Origin: Actinomycetes bacterium
GTDB lineage: Bacteria; Actinomycetota; Acidimicrobiia; Acidimicrobiales; Palsa-688
DNA: 64,000 nt
Direction of reading: 5' to 3'
Assembly (NCBI GenBank): GCA_021850325.1
Contig: JAJZMF010000048.1
Span: forward strand, 141,169-205,168
The position numbers and the translations under genes are program-made. The notes under the pieces were generated by a model that saw nothing but the letters and a program-made list of their open reading frames with translations, was not told where the DNA came from and searched no databases. Positions 18,935 through 28,518 of the stretch are shown one piece after another; the first letter of the stretch is position 1; each line of letters opens with the position of its first letter.

Positions 18935-20460
18935 GCGGTACCCCTCCCGGCGGGCCCCTGAGGCGTCACCGCCACCCGCATGGCGAGGGCCTGCTGGACG
19001 GCCTCCTCGCTCAGCGGGCCCTTAGCGCCTCGCAGGTCGGAGATCGTCAACGCCACCCGCCAGCACCGCTCCAGGCCACGCGGGCTCAAGCTGCCATCCG
19101 CCAAGCGTGCGCCCAGGAGCCGGTGAGCCTCCGGGCCGAGCGGCGCCACCTCGGCCAGGGCCGAGGCAGGTAGCTCGGCATTGCAGCGTGCACCCCGCCC
19201 GGCGGCAGCCGCCCGGGCCCTGCGTACCCGGGTGGCGACGGCGGCCGAGCTCTCCCCGCGGCGGCCTGACCGGTCGCCGAGCAGCTCCGCCACCGATGGG
19301 CGGCCCACCCTTACGCGTAGGTCGAACCGGTCGAGGAGCGGGCCCGAGATGCGCCGGGCATAGCGTGCCCGGACGACCTCCGGGCACGGGCAACTGCCGG
19401 CAGCGCCGTCGCCGCCACAACGGCAACCGTTCATTGCGGCGACCAGGAGGAAGCGTGCCGGGAACACCACGGTCCCGCTCGCCCTGCTCACCACCACGCG
19501 GCCCTCCTCCATGGGCTGGCGGAGCACATCGAGCACCGAGGGCGCGAACTCTCCCAGCTCGTCGAGGAAGAGCGCACCCAGGTGGGCGAGGCTCACCTCG
19601 CCCGGCCGCAGGGAGGCCCCTCCCCCGCCCACCAGGGCGGGAGCAGTGACGCCCTGGTGAGGGGACCGGAACGGTGGCCGATGGTCGATCGCGCCCGGGG
19701 CCCCCGCCCCGCTGGCCGACCTCACCCTCGCCACCTCGAGCGCCTCCTCGTCGCTCAAGGAGGGCAGGACCCCGGCCAGCCGCCTGGCCAGCATGGTCTT
19801 GCCGGCGCCCGCCGCACCGATCAGCAGCAGATGGTGGCCCCCTGCTGCGCTGATCTCCAACGCGGCGCGGCCGAGAGCCTGGCCCCGGACATCAGCCAGG
19901 TCAGGGGCGGCCGGTCCCGGTGCGCCCTCGCCAAGGGGCGGAGGGGACGGCCAGGAGGCCACGCCGTTCAGCACGCCGGCCAGCTGGCGAAGGTCGACGG
20001 CGTGGCGGGCCCTGACGCCGGGGACGAGCCCCGCCTCGGCCACGCAGCCGGCCGGTACGACCACCTCGGTGCCGGCCAGGCACGCCACAAGGGCCAGCAC
20101 GCCGGCAGGCGGCCTGAGCGACCCGTCCAGGCCCAGCTCACCCAGGTAGGCGCGCTCGCCCAGGGCCCCGGCCGGTAGTTGCCCGTCTGCCACCAGCGTG
20201 GCGAGGGCGAGAGGGAGGTCGAGCACCGACCCTGCCTTGCGCATTGACGACGGTGCCAGGTTGACGGTCACCCTGCGCTGCGGCCACCGGAACCCGCTCG
20301 ACACGATCGCGGCCCGGGCCCGGTCGCGGGCCTCCCGGCAGGAAGCGTCCGGTAGGCCGACCACGCGGAAACCGGGCAGGCCACTGCTCACCTGGACCTC
20401 CACGTGGACGGGGCGGCCCTCGGCCCCGACCAGGGTTGCCGACCTTACGCTCGCCAACAT
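18919..20460 (-). CDS. comM: Mg-chelatase-like AAA+ ATPase ComM/YifB
   Basis: MLASVRSATLVGAEGRPVHVEVQVSSGLPGFRVVGLPDAS N-terminus, Walker A (LLIGAAGAGKTMLARR), Walker B (LFLDELGEF). ATG at 20460 confirmed from the DNA. Overlaps the dprA start. Confidence 0.9.
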   Translation of the reverse strand: MLASVRSATLVGAEGRPVHVEVQVSSGLPGFRVVGLPDASCREARDRARAAIVSSGFRWPQRRVTVNLAPSSMRKAGSVLDLPLALATLVADGQLPAGALGERAYLGELGLDGSLRPPAGVLALVACLAGTEVVVPAGCVAEAGLVPGVRARHAVDLRQLAGVLNGVASWPSPPPLGEGAPGPAAPDLADVRGQALGRAALEISAAGGHHLLLIGAAGAGKTMLARRLAGVLPSLSDEEALEVARVRSASGAGAPGAIDHRPPFRSPHQGVTAPALVGGGGASLRPGEVSLAHLGALFLDELGEFAPSVLDVLRQPMEEGRVVVSRASGTVVFPARFLLVAAMNGCRCGGDGAAGSCPCPEVVRARYARRISGPLLDRFDLRVRVGRPSVAELLGDRSGRRGESSAAVATRVRRARAAAAGRGARCNAELPASALAEVAPLGPEAHRLLGARLADGSLSPRGLERCWRVALTISDLRGAKGPLSEEAVQQALAMRVAVTPQGPAGRGTAWARG

Positions 20461-20571
20461 GTGCACCTCCAAGGTGTGCCCGCCGGAACGGGCGCCAGCC
20501 GACAGGAGGCCGCTCACCGGCCACGACGCAGCACACAGGTTGCCGGGAGGGTGTGACGGTATCGTTGGCCC

Positions 20572-20871
20572 ATGCCAAAGGGTGCCCGCCGGCGCGGCCG
20601 TCCCTGGCAGCGCAGCGGGGCGCAGGCAGAGGACGACCTGGTACGGGCCCTGTCCGGTACCTGGTCGGTACCTGTTGCAGAGCCGGGCGTGGAGGTGCGC
20701 AGGGTCCAGCCGGCCCAGGCGTTGAAGACCTACCTGTGCCCGGGTTGCCAGCAGGAGGTCAAGCCGGGCACAGGGCACCTGGTCGTCGTCCCCCTCGATG
20801 CCCCGGACCTGCGCCGGCACTGGCACAACCCCTGCTGGGCGATGCGGGACAGGCGCCGGCCGGGCCGCTGA
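20572..20871 (+). CDS. Small hypothetical Cys/His-containing (zinc-ribbon-like) protein
   Basis: 99 aa with very high GC3. YLCPGCQQEV...HWHNPCW motif. No recognisable family from sequence alone. Confidence 0.5.
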   Translation: MPKGARRRGRPWQRSGAQAEDDLVRALSGTWSVPVAEPGVEVRRVQPAQALKTYLCPGCQQEVKPGTGHLVVVPLDAPDLRRHWHNPCWAMRDRRRPGR

Positions 20872-20983
20872 GCACGGCGGCCCCGCCGGCGCGGCCCTTG
20901 TGTTCCCCGGAGGTGCTGCGGCGGGGGGACGGCAACGCCAGGCGCGGGGCGCAGCTCCCCACGCGGGTGGTCACCTGCTGCCG

Positions 20984-21499
20984 TCAATGGATCCAGTAGC
21001 GGCGCAGGGGTACGCTGCTGCCCGGCTCCTCCACCACCGAGTGGAGGACACCGCCGTTGTTCTCGATGACCCGCGCCGAGGCTGGGTTGTCGTCGTCGCA
21101 GGTCATCATGATGCTGTCCACACCGAGCGACCGGGCGACGATCAGGGCCTGGCGGAGCATGCCCGTAGCGTGGCCCCGGCGGCGGTGCTCGGGTGAGACG
21201 CCGTAGCCGATATGCCCACGATAGGCGGCGAGGTAGGCGTTCAGCTCGTGGCGGACGGCGACGCGACCGACGATGAGGCCGTCGTCGGTCGCGACAAGGA
21301 ACGTGGTCGGCACCCTTTCCGGCGCAAGGTTGAGACCTCGGCTCTGGTCGCGCAGCCGGCCGATGTAAGCCTCCCAGGGCTCACCCGGGATGTAGTCGAG
21401 CAGGAAATCGAACCCCTCCCGGGCGAGCGCGGCATGGGCAGTCAGGGCTGCGTCCTCGTCGTCGGGACGCAGCGGGCGCAGTCTGAGCCCACCGGTCAT
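20984..21499 (-). CDS. GNAT family N-acetyltransferase
   Basis: Acetyl-CoA-binding motif region (IVGRVAVRHEL...RGHIGYGVSPEHRRRGHATGMLRQAL). The likely start is MTGGLRLRPLRPDD; the track ORF is extended upstream. Confidence 0.8.
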   Translation of the reverse strand: MTGGLRLRPLRPDDEDAALTAHAALAREGFDFLLDYIPGEPWEAYIGRLRDQSRGLNLAPERVPTTFLVATDDGLIVGRVAVRHELNAYLAAYRGHIGYGVSPEHRRRGHATGMLRQALIVARSLGVDSIMMTCDDDNPASARVIENNGGVLHSVVEEPGSSVPLRRYWIH

Positions 21500-21635
21500 C
21501 GGCAGCCATTGTGCCTGCGGTCGCAGGGCGGCGCCAACACCTCGGTGGCAGCGGGTGGGAACAGCACCGGGCCGGTCCTCGTGCCCAAGCGGCACCCCCG
21601 AGCCGGGCCCCGTGCGCGGCAGGGCCCTGGCCACC

Positions 21636-22043
21636 TCAAAAGGCGTCTGCCAAGATCTCCACGAGCTGTCCGCGCACCACACAGGCCACGTCGAAACGGG
21701 CCTGCAGAGCGCCCGTCCAGCCCGGGCTGGCCCTGGCCTGGCGCAACCAGGCGGCGGCAGCCCGCCTCACACGGACCTGCTTGAGCCCGCCCACCGCTTC
21801 TGCAGGGCTACCCCAACCCGTACCGGTGCGTGCCTTGACCTCGCAGAACACCACCAACCGCCCCTGGACAGCGACGACGTCCAGCTCACCCGACGGACAA
21901 CGCCAGTTGCGGTCGACTACTGCAAAGCCGTGCTCGCGGTACCACCTGGCCGCCGCTTCCTCACCCCAACGGCCCAGGCGGGCACGCCCGCCCCCACCTG
22001 TCCGACGGCCACCCCCGGCACCACCCTCGACCTGCACCGCCAC
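21636..22043 (-). CDS. YraN family (UPF0102) endonuclease-like protein
   Basis: GEEAAARWYREHGFAVVDRNWRCPSGELDVVAVQGRLVVFCEVKART matches the UPF0102 signature. It follows comM, as Rv2898c does. The start is approximate. Confidence 0.75.
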   Translation of the reverse strand: MAVQVEGGAGGGRRTGGGGRARLGRWGEEAAARWYREHGFAVVDRNWRCPSGELDVVAVQGRLVVFCEVKARTGTGWGSPAEAVGGLKQVRVRRAAAAWLRQARASPGWTGALQARFDVACVVRGQLVEILADAF

Positions 22044-22126
22044 AGCATCGCGCCCACCGATGACACACTGGCCCGAGCCTGTGGACGCAGCGGCCAGGGG
22101 CCGCGCAGGCCGCCCGTCAGCGCCCG

Positions 22127-22420
22127 CTAGAGCTCCTTCTCGGGGAGCTCCTCGACGTTGACGTCCTTGAAGGTGACTACGCGGACGCTGGAGACGAAGC
22201 GGGCCGGCCGGTACATGTCCCATACCCAGGCGTCGCCCAGCTTCACCTCGAAATAGGTCCGCTGGCCCTCGCCCTTCGCCTCCATGTGCACGTCGTTGGC
22301 CAGGTAGAAACGCCTCTCCGTCTCGACGACGTACTTGAACATGGGCAGGACCGCCCGGTACTCCTGGAAGAGCGCGAGCTCGATCTCGGTCTCGTAACGC
22401 TCGAGGTCTTCAGCGCTCAT
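22127..22420 (-). CDS. DUF2469 family protein (Rv2901c-like)
   Basis: MSAEDLERYETEIELALFQEYR...FYLANDVHMEAK is a conserved actinobacterial small protein found upstream of rplS-region genes. Confidence 0.7.
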   Translation of the reverse strand: MSAEDLERYETEIELALFQEYRAVLPMFKYVVETERRFYLANDVHMEAKGEGQRTYFEVKLGDAWVWDMYRPARFVSSVRVVTFKDVNVEELPEKEL

Positions 22421-22537
22421 CGCACTCCTCCCAGACGTAGGCGTATACCTGCATGCTAGGGCTGGTAGGGCCGGCGTCGGCGCCACTCGGCGCCCTCAGG
22501 CCCCGGGCGTGCGTCCCGGGCCATGACCGCATCGTGC

Positions 22538-22888
22538 TCAGTGGTTGACGCGCCGCTCTTTGATCTTCGCCGCCTTGCCCACGCGCTCACGCAGGTAGTA
22601 CAGCTTGGCCCTCCGCACGTCCCCGAGCGTCACCACCTCGACACGCGCGATGGACGGGGAGTGCACCGGCCATGTCCGCTCGACACCGACGCCGGAGCTC
22701 ACCTTGCGCACCGTGAACGTCTCCCGGACACCCGAGCCCTGGCGCGAGATCACCGCGCCCTGGAAGGCCTGGACCCGCTCCCGGTTGCCTTCCACCACCC
22801 GGACGTGCACGCGGATGGTGTCTCCAGGGGCGAAGTCGGGGACGTCGTCACGCAGGTTCTCACGGTCGATCAAGTCGGTCGGGCCCAT
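22538..22888 (-). CDS. rplS: 50S ribosomal protein L19
   Basis: [62 protein letters not shown] is the L19 signature. Confidence 0.95.
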   Translation of the reverse strand: MGPTDLIDRENLRDDVPDFAPGDTIRVHVRVVEGNRERVQAFQGAVISRQGSGVRETFTVRKVSSGVGVERTWPVHSPSIARVEVVTLGDVRRAKLYYLRERVGKAAKIKERRVNH

Positions 22889-22895
22889 AAGTCAG

Positions 22896-23636
22896 TCAGG
22901 ATACCTGATCGAAACCGTGCTCAGCCAACAACGCCCGCTCCTGCGCGCTCAGGCCACCCCGGGCCTCGACCAGGTCCGGGCGGTCGCGCACCGTACGGGC
23001 CAGGGCGGCCGCCCGGCGCCAATCGGTCACCCGCTGGTGGTGACCGGAGAGCAGGACCTCGGGCACGTCCCAACCACGGAACGTCGCCGGCCGGGTGTAC
23101 TGCGGGTACTCGAGCAGACCGTCGGCAAAGCTCTCCTCGTCGGCTGAGCTCTGGTTGCCCATGACGCCCGGCACGAGCCGGGCGACAGCCTCGATCACGA
23201 CCACAGCCGCCGCCTCCCCTCCAGCCAGTACGTAGTCGCCGATGGAGAGCTCTCCGTCCACCAGGTGGTCCGAGACCCTCTGGTCCACTCCTTCGTAGCG
23301 CCCGCACAAGAGCGAGAACCCCCCCAGGCAGGCCAGCTCCCTGGCCATCGTCTGGTCGAAGCGCCGGCCGCCCGGCCCGAGCAGGAAGAGCGGGCGACGG
23401 GGCGAGGCCTCCTCGACCGCCCGGAACACGGGTGCAGGGGCCAGCACCATCCCGGCTCCCCCACCGAACGGGCTGTCGTCGACGCTACGGTGCGGGTCAT
23501 CGGCACCCCGGCGCAGGTCGTGGACCGCTATGTCGAGCGCGCCCGACCGCCAGGCCCGGCCCAGGAGGCTGGCCTCGCACCATGTCCGCACCATGTCCGG
23601 GAAGATGGTGAAGACCTCGGCCCGCAGCCCTGCCAC
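22896..23636 (-). CDS. trmD: tRNA (guanine37-N1)-methyltransferase
   Basis: FTIFPDM...SPFGGGAGMV...LLCGRYEGVDQRV...SIGDYVLAGGE TrmD motifs. Confidence 0.95.
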   Translation of the reverse strand: MAGLRAEVFTIFPDMVRTWCEASLLGRAWRSGALDIAVHDLRRGADDPHRSVDDSPFGGGAGMVLAPAPVFRAVEEASPRRPLFLLGPGGRRFDQTMARELACLGGFSLLCGRYEGVDQRVSDHLVDGELSIGDYVLAGGEAAAVVVIEAVARLVPGVMGNQSSADEESFADGLLEYPQYTRPATFRGWDVPEVLLSGHHQRVTDWRRAAALARTVRDRPDLVEARGGLSAQERALLAEHGFDQVS

Positions 23637-23641
23637 CCGGC

Positions 23642-24121
23642 TCAGAGCTCGAACAGCCCGGGTGGAGCGTCCACGACGATGCGGCCCTGCTCGCAGCTGA
23701 CCACGAAGTGCAAGGGGACAAGGGCACCGTTGTCGAGGACCAGGAGGTCGCTGGCCGGGTTGGCCTGTACCGCCGTGACCGTTCCCCGCTCCGTACCGTC
23801 CGCCTCGCTGACCTCGGCCCCGATCAGCTCGTGGACCCAGAGCCCGTCGTCCGGGCCCGGCGCCGGGGCGCTCAACGGCGCTCCCCGGAGCGCCTCGGCC
23901 TCCTGGCGGGAGCCGACACCCTCGAACGTCACGAGCCAGGCAGAAGCCGGGCCGTGCGCTGCGCCGGGGAGCGGCCGGGCCGCGGCAACGACAAGCTCAC
24001 GCTCCCGGCACTGCACCCGCGAGCCCTCCGCCAACCGGCCCTGCCTGTTGGTCACCAGCTGGACGACGAGCTGGCCGTTGAGGCCGTGGGCCCGCCCCAC
24101 CCGACCGATCTCGAGCAGCAA
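23642..24121 (-). CDS. rimM: Ribosome maturation factor RimM
   Basis: LLLEIGRVGRAHGLNGQLVV N-terminus and PRC barrel C-terminus. The probable TTG start is 5 nt after the KH gene stop. Confidence 0.85.
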   Translation of the reverse strand: MLLEIGRVGRAHGLNGQLVVQLVTNRQGRLAEGSRVQCRERELVVAAARPLPGAAHGPASAWLVTFEGVGSRQEAEALRGAPLSAPAPGPDDGLWVHELIGAEVSEADGTERGTVTAVQANPASDLLVLDNGALVPLHFVVSCEQGRIVVDAPPGLFEL

Positions 24122-24125
24122 CGGC

Positions 24126-24398
24126 CTAGTCGGCGATATCGACGAAGACCTCGTCTCCGTCTCTCGCCGCAGCGGCGCGGGTGAGAGCGCGTATGGCCTG
24201 CGCGGTCCGGCCACGGCGGCCGATGACCCTGCCCACGTCGTCGGGGGCGACCTCCAGCCGCAGGCGCACAGGCGCCCCGCCCTCTCCCCCGCTCAGCTCT
24301 ACCCCGACCGCTTCGGGTGAACCGACCAATTGGCGGGCGAGGTAGGCCAGGACGGCACGGGACGTGCCACCCGGCAACCGGTTGGCGCCCTCGGTCAC
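24126..24398 (-). CDS. KH-domain RNA-binding protein (Rv2908c-like)
   Basis: [29 protein letters not shown] is a KH GxxG motif. Conserved position between rpsP and rimM. Confidence 0.85.
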   Translation of the reverse strand: MTEGANRLPGGTSRAVLAYLARQLVGSPEAVGVELSGGEGGAPVRLRLEVAPDDVGRVIGRRGRTAQAIRALTRAAAARDGDEVFVDIAD

Positions 24399-24691
24399 TT
24401 CTCGGCCGTCGACGCAGCGGTGGCCGCGCCACCGGAGCGAGCGGTTGCCTGCAGGAGGCCCTCGCTCACCAGTATGCGACGGACACGGTCGGTGGGCTGA
24501 GCCCCCTCACCCAGCCAGTGACTGACGCGGTCGGCCTTGAGGACGACCTTCTTGACCGCCTCCCGGGGCGCGTAGCTCCCGACGACCTCGATGAAGCGTC
24601 CGTCGCGCGGCGACCGGCTGTCGGCGGCCACGACGCGGTAGGTGGGTTGCTTGGTCTTGCCCATCCGCATGAGGCGGAGCTTGACTGCCAT
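24395..24691 (-). CDS. rpsP: 30S ribosomal protein S16
   Basis: [42 protein letters not shown] is the S16 signature. Confidence 0.95.
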   Translation of the reverse strand: MAVKLRLMRMGKTKQPTYRVVAADSRSPRDGRFIEVVGSYAPREAVKKVVLKADRVSHWLGEGAQPTDRVRRILVSEGLLQATARSGGAATAASTAEK

Positions 24692-24824
24692 TTGCCTGCC
24701 TTGTTCTAGTCACTGTCGCCGGCGGGTGTCCCCGTCACGGTGCTGTTCAGCGGTGTTTGGACCGGATAAGTCTAGGCGACGCGGACAGGCTGTGGCCACC
24801 GGCCGGACGCCGGCCCGTGCCCGC

Positions 24825-26177
24825 TCAGCGCCGCTTCTTGCGCTTGGCCGCCTTCGCCGAGGACTTGGCCCGCGTCCCCCGCTTTGTCATCGCGGCCAGG
24901 GCAGGCATCTGCCGCATGAACTGCTGGACCTGCTTGAAGCGCTCGAGCAGGTCATTGACGTCCTGCACCGTCGTCCCCGAGCCTGCGGCGATGCGTGCAC
25001 GCCGGGAGCCGTTGATAATCGCCGGCTCTGCCCTCTCCCCCGGTGTCATGGAGTGGATGATCGCCTCGATGGGCTTGAGCATCGAGTCGTCGAGCTCGGC
25101 GTTGCGCACCTCCTTGGGGACCATGGGCAGCATGCCGATCAGCCCGGACAGGGGCCCCATCTTCTTCACGGACTGCAACTGCTCGAGGAAGTCGTCCAAG
25201 CCGAACCGGCCCTCAGCGAGCTTGGCCACGGCCTTCTCCGCGTCCTGCCGCTCTATCGCCTGCTCGGCCCGGTCGATCAGGGTGAGCACGTCGCCCATCC
25301 CGAGGATCCGGCCCGCCATCCGGTCCGGGTGGAAGGTCTCGAAGTCCTCGAGCTTCTCACCGGTCGACGCAAAAGCGATGGGCCGCCCTACGACCTCCTT
25401 GACCGACAGGGCCGCCCCGCCGCGGGCGTCCCCGTCGACCTTGGTGAGCACGACGCCGTCGAGCTCCAGCGTCCGGTGGAAGGCCTCGGCCGTCGCCACG
25501 GCGTCCTGACCGGTCATGGCATCGATGACCAGGAACGTGTAGTGGGGCTTCACGGCCTCGGAGATCTGGCGGACCTGCTCCATCATCTCGGCGTCGATCG
25601 ACAGGCGGCCCGCTGTGTCGACCACCACTACGTCACGGCCCGTCCGCGCCGCCTGCTCCAGACCGTTCCTGGCCACGCTCACGGGGCCCGACGGGTCCGA
25701 GTACACCGGCACCCCGACCTGTGCCCCAAGGACCCGCAGCTGCTCCACCGCCGCCGGGCGCTGCAGGTCGGCGCCCACGAGCATCGGGTTGCGGCCCTGC
25801 TGCTTGAACCAACGGGCCAGCTTCGCGGCGTTGGTGGTCTTGCCCGAGCCCTGGAGCCCGGCCAATAGGACCACTGTCGGTGGACGGGGGGCGTACGTGA
25901 TGCGCAGGGCGGTCCCCCCGAGGACCCGTACCAGCTCGTCGTGGACCGCCTTGACCACCTGCTGGCCAGGCGTGAGAGAACGCGAAAGGTCGGCTCCCAC
26001 CAGGTCGGCACGCAGGCGGGCCACGATGTCGCGGACCACGAGCAGGTTGACGTCCGCCTGCAGCAATGCCATGCGGATCTCGCGCAGGGCCTCGTCCACG
26101 TCTTCGGGGCCCAACCGGCCGCGTCCCCGCAGGCGCGTGAAGATCCCTTCGAACCTGTCGGAGAGGGCCTCGAACAT
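24825..26177 (-). CDS. ffh: Signal recognition particle protein Ffh
   Basis: N domain, G domain (LAGLQGSGKTTNAAKLA, DTAGRL) and methionine-rich M domain. Confidence 0.95.
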   Translation of the reverse strand: MFEALSDRFEGIFTRLRGRGRLGPEDVDEALREIRMALLQADVNLLVVRDIVARLRADLVGADLSRSLTPGQQVVKAVHDELVRVLGGTALRITYAPRPPTVVLLAGLQGSGKTTNAAKLARWFKQQGRNPMLVGADLQRPAAVEQLRVLGAQVGVPVYSDPSGPVSVARNGLEQAARTGRDVVVVDTAGRLSIDAEMMEQVRQISEAVKPHYTFLVIDAMTGQDAVATAEAFHRTLELDGVVLTKVDGDARGGAALSVKEVVGRPIAFASTGEKLEDFETFHPDRMAGRILGMGDVLTLIDRAEQAIERQDAEKAVAKLAEGRFGLDDFLEQLQSVKKMGPLSGLIGMLPMVPKEVRNAELDDSMLKPIEAIIHSMTPGERAEPAIINGSRRARIAAGSGTTVQDVNDLLERFKQVQQFMRQMPALAAMTKRGTRAKSSAKAAKRKKRR

Positions 26178-26384
26178 CAGCGGGCCATGCTACAGGCAGC
26201 CCGGGGCCCGCCCGGGGACAGCCCACTACGGTCCTGCGCCCGACCTCGGGCCATCGTCCCGCCGAGCGGGGAACCGGGCTTGGCCGGCAACCACGACGAC
26301 GACCTAACCTGCCTCCATGCTCGTCCTCAGCCCCTGGCCCACCCGTCGGCGGCCCGACACGGGTGGCCGGACCGCACCGTCGTG

Positions 26385-27104
26385 GTGAGCCGCGCCCGCT
26401 CCGACCGGGCCCCGGCACTGCCCACCGGCGAGGACAAGGTGCGAGCCGTGCGGCGGATGTTCGACTCCATCGCCCCGCGGTACGAAGCCATGAACGACAT
26501 CATGACCTTCGGCCTGGACCGGCTGTGGAGGCGCACCTGCGTGGCCGCCCTCGAACTGGCGCCCGGCGCCCTGGTCCTCGACGTCGCCTGCGGCACGGGT
26601 GACATGTGCCGGCTCCTGCACCGGGCCGGGCACCGGCCGGTCGGGCTCGACATGTCCCGCGGCATGCTCTCCGTGGCGCGCACGGGCGCACCCCTGGTCC
26701 AGGCCGACGCCCTGGCAATGCCCTTCGTCGGGCAACGCTTCGACGGTGTGGTGAGCGCCTTCGCGCTGCGCAACGTAGTGGACCTCTCGGCGCTCTTCGC
26801 CGACCTGGCCCGCGTCGTCCGGCCCGGCGGCCGGCTGTCGCTCCTGGACCTGGCGGAACCCCCCAACGCGTTGCTGCGCCTGGGCCACCGGCTCTGGGCG
26901 GGCACGGTCGTGCCCAGGCTCGGGGCCCTGCTCTCGGACGCCGGCTCCTACCGTTACCTCCCCCGGAGCCTGGCCTACCTACCGAGCGGGCCGGTGATGT
27001 CGCAACTGCTCGGAGCGGCCGGCTTCCAGGCAGTACAGCGCCGTCTCCTCTCTGGGGGCGTAACACAGCTCTACACGGCCACCCGGAGCGGAGCGGCCCC
27101 GTGA
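26385..27104 (+). CDS. menG: Demethylmenaquinone methyltransferase MenG/UbiE
   Basis: VRRMFDSIAPRYEAMNDIMTFGLDRLWRR and SAM motif VLDVACGTGD. GTG start at 26385 in frame (V-S-R-A...). The track ORF is extended upstream into the divergent ffh promoter region. Confidence 0.85.
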   Translation: MSRARSDRAPALPTGEDKVRAVRRMFDSIAPRYEAMNDIMTFGLDRLWRRTCVAALELAPGALVLDVACGTGDMCRLLHRAGHRPVGLDMSRGMLSVARTGAPLVQADALAMPFVGQRFDGVVSAFALRNVVDLSALFADLARVVRPGGRLSLLDLAEPPNALLRLGHRLWAGTVVPRLGALLSDAGSYRYLPRSLAYLPSGPVMSQLLGAAGFQAVQRRLLSGGVTQLYTATRSGAAP

Positions 27105-28489
27105 GGCTCACGCCGCCCGGCGCGGGGACCGTCTCTGCCGGCACCGCCGATGTCGTCGCGGGCCTGGAGCTGCCTCCTCGTCCCGAGGGGCCGACCAGCC
27201 TGTGGTGGGCCAGTACGCCTGTCAGCCCGGACGAGCTGCCCGACGCCGCAGGGGCCGGTTCCCAACCGGGCCGCGGCCTGTGGCGTCGTCCCGGCCTCGC
27301 TCTGCTCGGGGACGGGGAGGCCCTGCGCCTCAGGCTCCGGCCTGGTTGGGCCGGCCTGGCTTCGATGGGAAGCGTGCCCGGCCTGCTCGGGGCCGCCAAT
27401 TGCATCGAAAGCCTGGGCCCGGGTGGTGCCACGGACGCCCCCGAGGGACCGGTGGCGATGGGCGCCCTGCCCTACGACCCCGCCCGGCCCGGCGAGCTGG
27501 TCGTACCGCGCCTGCTGCTCGTGCGTCACGGCGAGGGCGCCTACGCCACCCTGGCCGGCGTCGGCCCGGCGCCCAGCCCCGACCAGGCGCGAGCCGACGT
27601 CCGGCGTCGGCTGGAGCTCCTGCGACGACAAGAGCCGGCACGGGTGCACGAGGCACCCGATGGCTTCCAGCTGAGCTCGAGCGTGCCCCATGCAAGCTGG
27701 AAGCAGCTGGTTGCACGCACGGTCCAGGCTGTCCTGGACGGCCCGATGTCGAAGGTCGTCCTGGCCCGGAGGGTGGACGTCGTGGCCAACGGGCCCCTGC
27801 CCGTGGCCAGCATCGTGGCCCGGCTGGAGGCCCTCTACCCGTCCTGCACCGTGTTCCACTTCGCCGGCTTCGTCGGCGCCAGCCCCGAGACCCTGGTCAG
27901 CCGGCACGGGGACATGGTCCTCAGTCACCCCCTGGCAGGCACGGTGGCCCACAGCGGCGACGCCCCAACCGACCAGGCCCTGCTCACGAGGCTGCTCGGG
28001 TCGGCCAAGGACCGCCACGAGCACGAGGTCGTCGTGCGGTCCATCGCCGACGTGCTCGGTCCGTTGTGCACCGACCTGGAGGTCCCCGAGCCCACCGTCG
28101 TGGCCTTGCGCAACGTCTCTCACCTCGGCACCAGGATCACGGGCCGGCTCCGGCCCGGGGAACGCCACGGGAGCGTGCCCGACGCCCTGGCCCTTGCCGC
28201 CAGCCTGCAGCCCACACCCGCAGTGGGAGGGGAGCCCACGGTCCTGGCCATGGCCTGGCAGGCCGAGCACGAGGGCTTCGACCGGGGGCTCTACGCGGGC
28301 CCCGTGGGGTGGGTCGATGCCCGGGGCGACGGCGAATGGGCCCTCGGCCTGCGCAGCGCCACGATCGAGGCCAACCGGGCGTCCCTGTACGCCGGCGCCG
28401 GCATCGTCGCCGGCTCCGACCCCGACGCCGAACTGGCCGAGACCCAGCTCAAGCTGCAGGCCCTGCTGGCCGCCGTGGTCCGTCCCTGA
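27101..28489 (+). CDS. menF: Isochorismate synthase MenF
   Basis: Chorismate-binding enzyme C-terminal core (...GFDRGLYAGPVGWVDARGDGEWALGLRSA...YAGAGIVAGSDPDAELAET). GTG start overlaps the menG stop (GTGA). Confidence 0.85.
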   Translation: MRLTPPGAGTVSAGTADVVAGLELPPRPEGPTSLWWASTPVSPDELPDAAGAGSQPGRGLWRRPGLALLGDGEALRLRLRPGWAGLASMGSVPGLLGAANCIESLGPGGATDAPEGPVAMGALPYDPARPGELVVPRLLLVRHGEGAYATLAGVGPAPSPDQARADVRRRLELLRRQEPARVHEAPDGFQLSSSVPHASWKQLVARTVQAVLDGPMSKVVLARRVDVVANGPLPVASIVARLEALYPSCTVFHFAGFVGASPETLVSRHGDMVLSHPLAGTVAHSGDAPTDQALLTRLLGSAKDRHEHEVVVRSIADVLGPLCTDLEVPEPTVVALRNVSHLGTRITGRLRPGERHGSVPDALALAASLQPTPAVGGEPTVLAMAWQAEHEGFDRGLYAGPVGWVDARGDGEWALGLRSATIEANRASLYAGAGIVAGSDPDAELAETQLKLQALLAAVVRP

Positions 28490-28518
28490 CCCGGCTGTAG
28501 CGCAGCCCGCCCCGGGGG

